From the sequence record KX828710: a stretch of 50,552 nucleotides of DNA; one strand, written 5' to 3'. The notes under the pieces are model-generated. The model was not told where the DNA came from and did no database searches. It saw only the letters and a list, made by a program, of their open reading frames with translations. This document shows, one piece after another, positions 45,931 to 50,552 of this stretch. A program made the translations under genes and the position numbers. Source of the stretch: Shigella phage SH6. Each line of letters starts with the position of its first letter. Position 1 is the first letter of the stretch.

Positions 45931-46356
45931 TTATAAGTATTTGGCCTCAAAGGTTGTGCCGTCTGCGATACTAAAACCCACCTCTTCGCGGAATAAGGTC
46001 CAGCGGCATCCGTCCTCATCAAAGATGTAACCAGCTACGCCGCCAAGAGCGCGACCGCTTTCTACCTGGTAACGCTTTCCAACCTTGAATGATTTTTTCA
46101 TCGGGTTGCGATGGTCAAGTCCGGTGCACTTGAGCGTCTTTGTTTTCAACTCGGTGAACTTCGCGAAGAAGATTTCATCAGATCCGTGAATATGTAATTC
46201 ATCATGCTTTTCAAGTTTTAAATACTTCCCGCACTTTAACTTTACTTCGCGAGTACCATCATAGCGCTCACGACCTTTATACAGATTGTTTACTTCGAAT
46301 CCTGTGATTTTGTCTGCGGAAGTGCATTTCAGTTTGATTGATTTCATTGCATTCAC
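45931..46356 (-). CDS. hypothetical protein with two KC..F.V..Y repeats
   Basis: IKLKCTSADKITGFEVNNLY and KTLKCTGL..FKVGKRYQV repeats. Confidence 0.5.
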   Translation of the reverse strand: MNAMKSIKLKCTSADKITGFEVNNLYKGRERYDGTREVKLKCGKYLKLEKHDELHIHGSDEIFFAKFTELKTKTLKCTGLDHRNPMKKSFKVGKRYQVESGRALGGVAGYIFDEDGCRWTLFREEVGFSIADGTTFEAKYL

Positions 46357-46383
46357 TCCTGATTGGTTATCTTGAATAAGGCC

Positions 46384-46427
46384 ACTTTATCAAATGACCT
46401 TACGGCAATATTAACAAATCGTGCTAT
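46384..46427 (-). promoter_or_regulatory. intergenic cassette (minus) upstream of 45931..46356
   Basis: Minus strand ATAGCACGATTTGTTAA; TGaTAAAGT at +22; CCAATCAGGAG RBS. Confidence 0.5.
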
Positions 46428-46637
46428 TTACCAGGGAATGTAATCGTCGTCATTATCATCAATATCATCGCCGGGCATCTCAAAGTTAGGATCGTACTCG
46501 CTTTCAGTATCCATATCCATATCACCAAGAGCCTCATCAAGTGTTATTTCTTTATATGCGACCTTGATGCACCACTCGGCACTAAGCCCGGCATCAAGTG
46601 CTGCAAAATAACGAGTCCAGAAATTATCTTGTTCCAT
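46428..46637 (-). CDS. small highly acidic protein with SSB-tail-like C-terminus
   Basis: 69 aa, C-terminus ..DDIDDNDDDYIPW resembling SSB tip DDDIPF. Confidence 0.5.
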   Translation of the reverse strand: MEQDNFWTRYFAALDAGLSAEWCIKVAYKEITLDEALGDMDMDTESEYDPNFEMPGDDIDDNDDDYIPW

Positions 46638-46640
46638 TAA

Positions 46641-46865
46641 TTAGCTCCACGAATTAATGTAAATCGAGTTAGCCTCAAGCGTTGCACGAACATCCGCATC
46701 TGTTGCATTTATCAGTAGAGAGCCTGGCACGCTTCCGATAACACTATTTCCGTTACGTGTCTTAGTTACCGTCATTGAAATAAAGCCTGAAGACTTATCC
46801 ATCTTGATAACGACGCGGCCTTTCGCGTTCAGGTGCTTGATGATATTCTCAACTTTAATGCTCAT
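46641..46865 (-). CDS. hypothetical protein (74 aa)
   Basis: Internal ATG of track ORF 46641..46910; cassette upstream. Confidence 0.5.
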   Translation of the reverse strand: MSIKVENIIKHLNAKGRVVIKMDKSSGFISMTVTKTRNGNSVIGSVPGSLLINATDADVRATLEANSIYINSWS

Positions 46866-46899
46866 TTTTAATTCCTTTATTTCGTTTGGTGTGGGAGTA

Positions 46900-46946
46900 A
46901 TATATATCACTCCCGATCGTATGTCTTTAGCAATTCGTGCTATTAG
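46900..46946 (-). promoter_or_regulatory. intergenic cassette (minus) upstream of 46641..46865
   Basis: Minus strand TAGCACGAATTGCTAAAG; A/T-rich -10-like TATATA at about +22. Confidence 0.45.
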
Positions 46947-47086
46947 TACTCAGAAATTACCTTGCACTCCTTGATAGTGCCGCCGAGAACTACCTTTTGC
47001 ATCATTGCTTTTTGATGGCTATCGTAAACACGAACATTTTTTACACTGTTAAATTTACCCGTATAGAAAGTGTGAATATAAATCAT
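46943..47086 (-). CDS. possible small protein (47 aa)
   Basis: Own translation MIYIHTFYTGKFNSVKNVRVYDSHQKAMMQKVVLGGTIKECKVISEY; ATGA overlap with upstream gene. Confidence 0.3.
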   Translation of the reverse strand: MIYIHTFYTGKFNSVKNVRVYDSHQKAMMQKVVLGGTIKECKVISEY

Positions 47087-47403
47087 TTTTTGCCGTCCCA
47101 AGTTTGATACGCCGTCACCAGGTTAATACTATGATTGAACTCATCAATGCTAAGAGATCCGATTCGAACCAGTTCTTTGTTATGCTTGATATCAATCATC
47201 CGGCTATATGGATGGCCTGGCAAATACTTGAACAGTCGCTTGCTGTCGGCAATATCTGCGTTGATTCCGTAGAATCGACCCACCGCCGCCTTAACGCGCT
47301 CCATGATGTTTTTTTCGTGGATTGCTGCCGCGTTATTCAGTGCCACAACCGTGCTTCCGTTAATCTTCGGTGACTTCGTTGTGATTTTGTAAGTGTGGTT
47401 CAT
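47083..47403 (-). CDS. hypothetical protein (106 aa)
   Basis: ORF track; GGAGGA RBS. Confidence 0.5.
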   Translation of the reverse strand: MNHTYKITTKSPKINGSTVVALNNAAAIHEKNIMERVKAAVGRFYGINADIADSKRLFKYLPGHPYSRMIDIKHNKELVRIGSLSIDEFNHSINLVTAYQTWDGKK

Positions 47404-47418
47404 TATTCCTCCAACCAG

Positions 47419-47619
47419 TCAGGATAGCTTTCTCGCTTCATCAATGATAACAGGCTCGAGACGCTCAAGTCGAACGCGGAATGTGTTCATAAATCCCTCG
47501 TTGTTCTTAAGTAGTTCGAATGCGTCTGTAGCTTCAATGGCGCTACCACCCATATAGGCAATTACTTTTTTCTGAGTCTTACGTGAGATCGCCACTACGC
47601 GGTAAATATTATCACTCAT
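47419..47619 (-). CDS. hypothetical protein (66 aa)
   Basis: Internal ATG of track ORF 47419..47637 with AGAGG RBS. Confidence 0.5.
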   Translation of the reverse strand: MSDNIYRVVAISRKTQKKVIAYMGGSAIEATDAFELLKNNEGFMNTFRVRLERLEPVIIDEARKLS

Positions 47620-47983
47620 ACAATGCCTCTTTAACACGATCCGCTACACATGAGTTAACGGTGATTGAATAGTTAGCCACGCCCCATAATGCAATATTGC
47701 CAAGCTCGGTACGCATTGATGGATTGTTTAGCTGAATGATTGTCTCGCCAGTATCTTTATCGACGAAGCGAGACACGCCAGAATGGTCAACCACGCGCGT
47801 TACGCGGTTAACACACTCCATTGCATCACTTACACCGTAATAAGCGCTTAGGGCGGCTCTCACAGCCTTCTCTTGCTTGTTGTAAATCTTGCGCGCGATG
47901 CTCTCGATCGCAACGTGCTCTTTCTCGTCAGTCTGAATTGCAGTGCTGGCTGAGAAGTCCAGGTCAGTGAACTGATTAAGCAT
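47612..47983 (-). CDS. hypothetical protein (123 aa)
   Basis: Internal ATG of track ORF 47612..48007 with GAGGG RBS. Confidence 0.5.
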   Translation of the reverse strand: MLNQFTDLDFSASTAIQTDEKEHVAIESIARKIYNKQEKAVRAALSAYYGVSDAMECVNRVTRVVDHSGVSRFVDKDTGETIIQLNNPSMRTELGNIALWGVANYSITVNSCVADRVKEALYE

Positions 47984-47987
47984 ATAA

Positions 47988-48218
47988 TTACCCTCTGAAA
48001 CTATCAATAGTGTCGTTGATGTATTTCACTTGCGCCTCTACGTCAGACGTGGCGATGTACTGGAATGTATCGTAATCCTCCCGCAAGTCCACAAGCTCGA
48101 CCTTAGTATGATGCTCTTTAAGCCCTCCCATGTGACCGTAATGTGTGCGGTAGACAATGAATCCCTCGTCATTGGCGCGCTGGATTGCTTTCTTTAATCC
48201 AGGGTGTTTGATTGCCAT
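47988..48218 (-). CDS. hypothetical protein (76 aa)
   Basis: ORF track; cassette and CAGGAG RBS upstream. Confidence 0.5.
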   Translation of the reverse strand: MAIKHPGLKKAIQRANDEGFIVYRTHYGHMGGLKEHHTKVELVDLREDYDTFQYIATSDVEAQVKYINDTIDSFRG

Positions 48219-48250
48219 ATGGTGATTCTCCTGATTGGTTGATGTTGTTT

Positions 48251-48296
48251 ACTATACCCCGATTCCCTTCGGGGCGTTTAGCAATTCGTGCTATTA
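48251..48296 (-). promoter_or_regulatory. intergenic cassette (minus) upstream of 47988..48218
   Basis: Minus strand TAGCACGAATTGCTAAAC; TATAGT at +22 in CCCCGAAGGG hairpin. Confidence 0.5.
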
Positions 48297-48629
48297 ATCG
48301 ATATCGAACTCAGCGGCATATGCTTTCTTGAAGCCAGCTTCACGCATGGTGCGCTTGCTGATTTTTCGCGGGAATTTGTAATGACTGTTAGGTTTAACCC
48401 ACCAGAAGCAGGCAGTCTCGCGAACAATTTCATATTTACCGTAACGGGTGAAGATGTCACGTTCATCGTCAGGCTGGTTAACACAGGTAAGGAATTTAGC
48501 TGCTTTGTCTTCAGTTTTGATTTCTTCCCATACGAAAGAATCCATACCGTTAACCTTGCAAGCTACCATGATGTACTCAACGCCGTTTTCGATTTTGATG
48601 ATTTCGTTACCGCGATTTTCGTATTTCAT
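48294..48629 (-). CDS. hypothetical protein (111 aa)
   Basis: Internal ATG of track ORF 48294..48701 with CAGGAG RBS; cassette upstream. Confidence 0.5.
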   Translation of the reverse strand: MKYENRGNEIIKIENGVEYIMVACKVNGMDSFVWEEIKTEDKAAKFLTCVNQPDDERDIFTRYGKYEIVRETACFWWVKPNSHYKFPRKISKRTMREAGFKKAYAAEFDID

Positions 48630-48667
48630 TTCCCTACTCCTGATGTGTATCTCGTTTCGATGAAGTA

Positions 48668-48711
48668 ATAATGCCAGATTCCATTCCGGCAGTTTTAACA
48701 AAAAGTGCTAT
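48668..48711 (-). promoter_or_regulatory. intergenic cassette (minus) upstream of 48294..48629
   Basis: ~60 nt near-identical to plus-strand cassette at 38974..39035. Confidence 0.5.
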
Positions 48712-48897
48712 TTAGAATTTTACTTCCTCAACAAGCTCAACCTTTTTGCACCCCAGGCGATAGGAGTCGCCGAACAACAATAACCCCATAAATTCATCTT
48801 TGGTTATTGACTCCTTACCAACTGTTCTAAGCTCTCCGTTGTGAACTACAGTATCGCCGATCTTGATTTCTGATTTATGCACTAATTTCGTTTTCAT
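48712..48897 (-). CDS. hypothetical protein (61 aa)
   Basis: ORF track; coupled to upstream gene. Confidence 0.45.
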   Translation of the reverse strand: MKTKLVHKSEIKIGDTVVHNGELRTVGKESITKDEFMGLLLFGDSYRLGCKKVELVEEVKF

Positions 48898-48912
48898 TTG
48901 CTAGCCCGTTAA

Positions 48913-49098
48913 TTAAAAGAATGCTACATAGTTTGCAATGCCTTTGGCGTCGTCGTTAGGCATTGCTTTGACAGCAAGGTCGTAACCCGCTTCTACCTTT
49001 TGCTTTGCTGATTCTTCGTTGTACCCACAAATAACCAGAATTTTAACTACGTTTTCTTTGTTCAGAACTTTAAGGTCTTTAGTGATGCGACGTGCCAT
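48913..49098 (-). CDS. hypothetical protein (61 aa)
   Basis: Internal ATG of track ORF 48913..49113; cassette upstream. Confidence 0.45.
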   Translation of the reverse strand: MARRITKDLKVLNKENVVKILVICGYNEESAKQKVEAGYDLAVKAMPNDDAKGIANYVAFF

Positions 49099-49131
49099 TT
49101 TGTTTTTCCTCAATCTCGTTTCGATGAGGTA

Positions 49132-49175
49132 ATTATGCCAAATCGCACCGATCTGGTTTTAACAAAAAGTGCTAT
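49132..49175 (-). promoter_or_regulatory. intergenic cassette (minus) upstream of 48913..49098
   Basis: Minus strand ATAGCACTTTTTGTTAAAAC; CATAAT at +22; CATCGAAACGAGA leader. Confidence 0.5.
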
Positions 49176-49863
49176 TTGCGATCGCTTTGAAAAATCCACG
49201 CGGCGACAGGGATCGTATCAGCTTCGTTTTGGCAGACTTGCCGCCTAACTTGCTGTGCTGCGCAGAGTACCCGTCAGGCAGGTTTACAGGTTTTCTTTCC
49301 GGCATAACGAAGTCGTCAGAGGTCCACAGACAAGTTTTCTTAGGGTAAGCATCGCGCGGCGCAATATACATCGGGAACCAGGGATGAGCGTCATTCTCCG
49401 GAAGATAGCCGCCATACTCCCAGGGATTGAAGGAGTGATTTGGTTTTCTCCATGCAGACGACAGGACGCTCACCGGATTCTCAATGATGTAAGTCACGCC
49501 CAGTGCGTCGCCAATGTTCGCAGCAATCCTTGCGGTGGCAACAGCCTTCTCCTGGAATAACGGATCGCGCTCACGCTTACTTGCAAAGTGACTAGCACCA
49601 CTAACAGCCAGGTCAGTGCATGGAGGAAAGGCCATGATGAAATCCGGCTTGCCATACACACCAGCGATAGCATCACGTTCGAACTTCTCATCAATGAAGA
49701 CGTTCACATACTCAATGTTCGGATGCTCTACCCTGGCGTTATACTTCGCATAATCTCCGTGATCGGCTCCGTCAAAGTTGAAGCACATCACCTTATGACC
49801 TTGCCTTGCCAGTTCATGACCAGCAAGACCGGAACCGTCGAATAGCGACCAAATTAATTTCAT
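49159..49863 (-). CDS. compact DNA (cytosine-5)-methyltransferase-like protein
   Basis: Motif I LFDGSG, motif IV FPPCTD, motif VI IIENPV in canonical order; only 234 aa. Confidence 0.5.
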   Translation of the reverse strand: MKLIWSLFDGSGLAGHELARQGHKVMCFNFDGADHGDYAKYNARVEHPNIEYVNVFIDEKFERDAIAGVYGKPDFIMAFPPCTDLAVSGASHFASKRERDPLFQEKAVATARIAANIGDALGVTYIIENPVSVLSSAWRKPNHSFNPWEYGGYLPENDAHPWFPMYIAPRDAYPKKTCLWTSDDFVMPERKPVNLPDGYSAQHSKLGGKSAKTKLIRSLSPRGFFKAIANSTFC

Positions 49864-49897
49864 CGTGACTCCCTCTTCTGATTGGTTTATGGCCCGA

Positions 49898-49941
49898 ACT
49901 ATACCCTGACAACTTGGTCAAGTCGTTAGCAAAAAATGCTA
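49898..49941 (-). promoter_or_regulatory. intergenic cassette (minus) upstream of C5-MTase-like gene
   Basis: Minus strand TAGCATTTTTTGCTAACGAC (perfect palindrome); TATAGT ~23 nt downstream. Confidence 0.5.
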
Positions 49942-50192
49942 TTCCAATAATTGCTCATTATTCCATCAATAATGGAATAGGTGGAATAATTTTGATTGCG
50001 ATTGATTGCAAATGATGAAACGTGATTATTGCATGATGTGCAACGGTTGGTTGATTTGTTGCTGAGAATGCAATGATTGCGAGAGGGGGGATCTAGTGTT
50101 ACCCGGTTCGCCTGGTGGTCATCTCCATTCTTAGCAAAACGTGCTATTCGTCTATGCGGTAGTTGTAATTGTCGTAATAGTTGTATACCATC

Positions 50193-50300
50193 AGGGGTGT
50201 TACAAAATGGCCCGAGAATCGATAGGCCTATAGATAATAAAATATCTATATATAATAATAAGATAGATAATATATATTTATTTATTTATTATATTATATA
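50193..50300. repeat. AT-rich repeat element copy B (GGGTGTTACAAAAT ... AGATAGATAATAT)
   Basis: Direct repeat of copy A; lies in divergent region between leftward block and early region. Confidence 0.6.
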
Positions 50301-50552
50301 TTGGCATGTAATCGGCGTAATAGGTGCAACCGCATTTTTGGAGGGTGGCATATATTTCAGGGTGCATAGTATAGAAAACATACTATTCCGCGCGCAAAAA
50401 TAGATGTGCGTACTTTTTTAGAAAAAGTCGGTTGCATCGGTTGCACTGGTTACAAAAATAAAAAATGCAGCTATAGACATTGACAGCTCTAGCCTGGTAG
50501 CTGTAACATGTTTTTCGAGGTGGCAAGTTACGCCCATAGACAACGAGGTATA

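Noticed and set aside
48288-48668. Plus-strand 126-aa ORF
   Set aside because: Antisense to 48294..48629, which has cassette, RBS and operon context; the plus frame has none.
50193-50300. AT-rich repeat B as a cos site or physical genome terminus
   Set aside because: No cohesive-end-like symmetric site and no terminal direct repeat at the window ends; a near-identical copy also occurs internally at 30515..30625.
1-50552. Lysogeny module (integrase, CI repressor, attP)
   Set aside because: No tyrosine/serine recombinase-like ORF and no repressor/anti-repressor pair; the Cro-like protein is alone in a replication context, so the phage appears virulent.

Overview
The window reads as a complete, circularly permuted ~50.5 kb genome of a virulent T1-like siphovirus (Drexlerviridae-type gene content), probably of an enterobacterial host. 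The first gene's ribosome-binding site sits at the window end and there is no terminal direct repeat. Layout: (1) plus-strand early region of many small genes, 1-9.0 kb; (2) packaging, head and lambda-like tail module, 9.1-29.2 kb (terminase, portal, Mu-F-like protein, scaffold, major capsid, major tail, G/G-T chaperone with -1 frameshift, tape measure, M/L/K/I/J homologues); (3) leftward receptor-binding protein plus lipoprotein; (4) rightward exonuclease, Erf and SSB; (5) leftward tail fibre, primase and Cro/YdaS-like regulator; (6) rightward helicase, VRR-NUC, Dam methylase, HTH-phosphoesterase and holin/endolysin/unimolecular spanin; (7) a leftward block of small genes ending in a compact C5-methyltransferase-like gene. 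No integrase, repressor, tRNA or CRISPR array was seen. The most striking signal is at least 22 copies of a conserved intergenic cassette (TAGCA-N5-TG(C/T)TA-AAAC, then a GC hairpin carrying TATAGT 22 nt downstream, then CATCGAAACGAGA and the RBS), always oriented with the downstream gene. All assignments are from motif reading only; no database search was possible.
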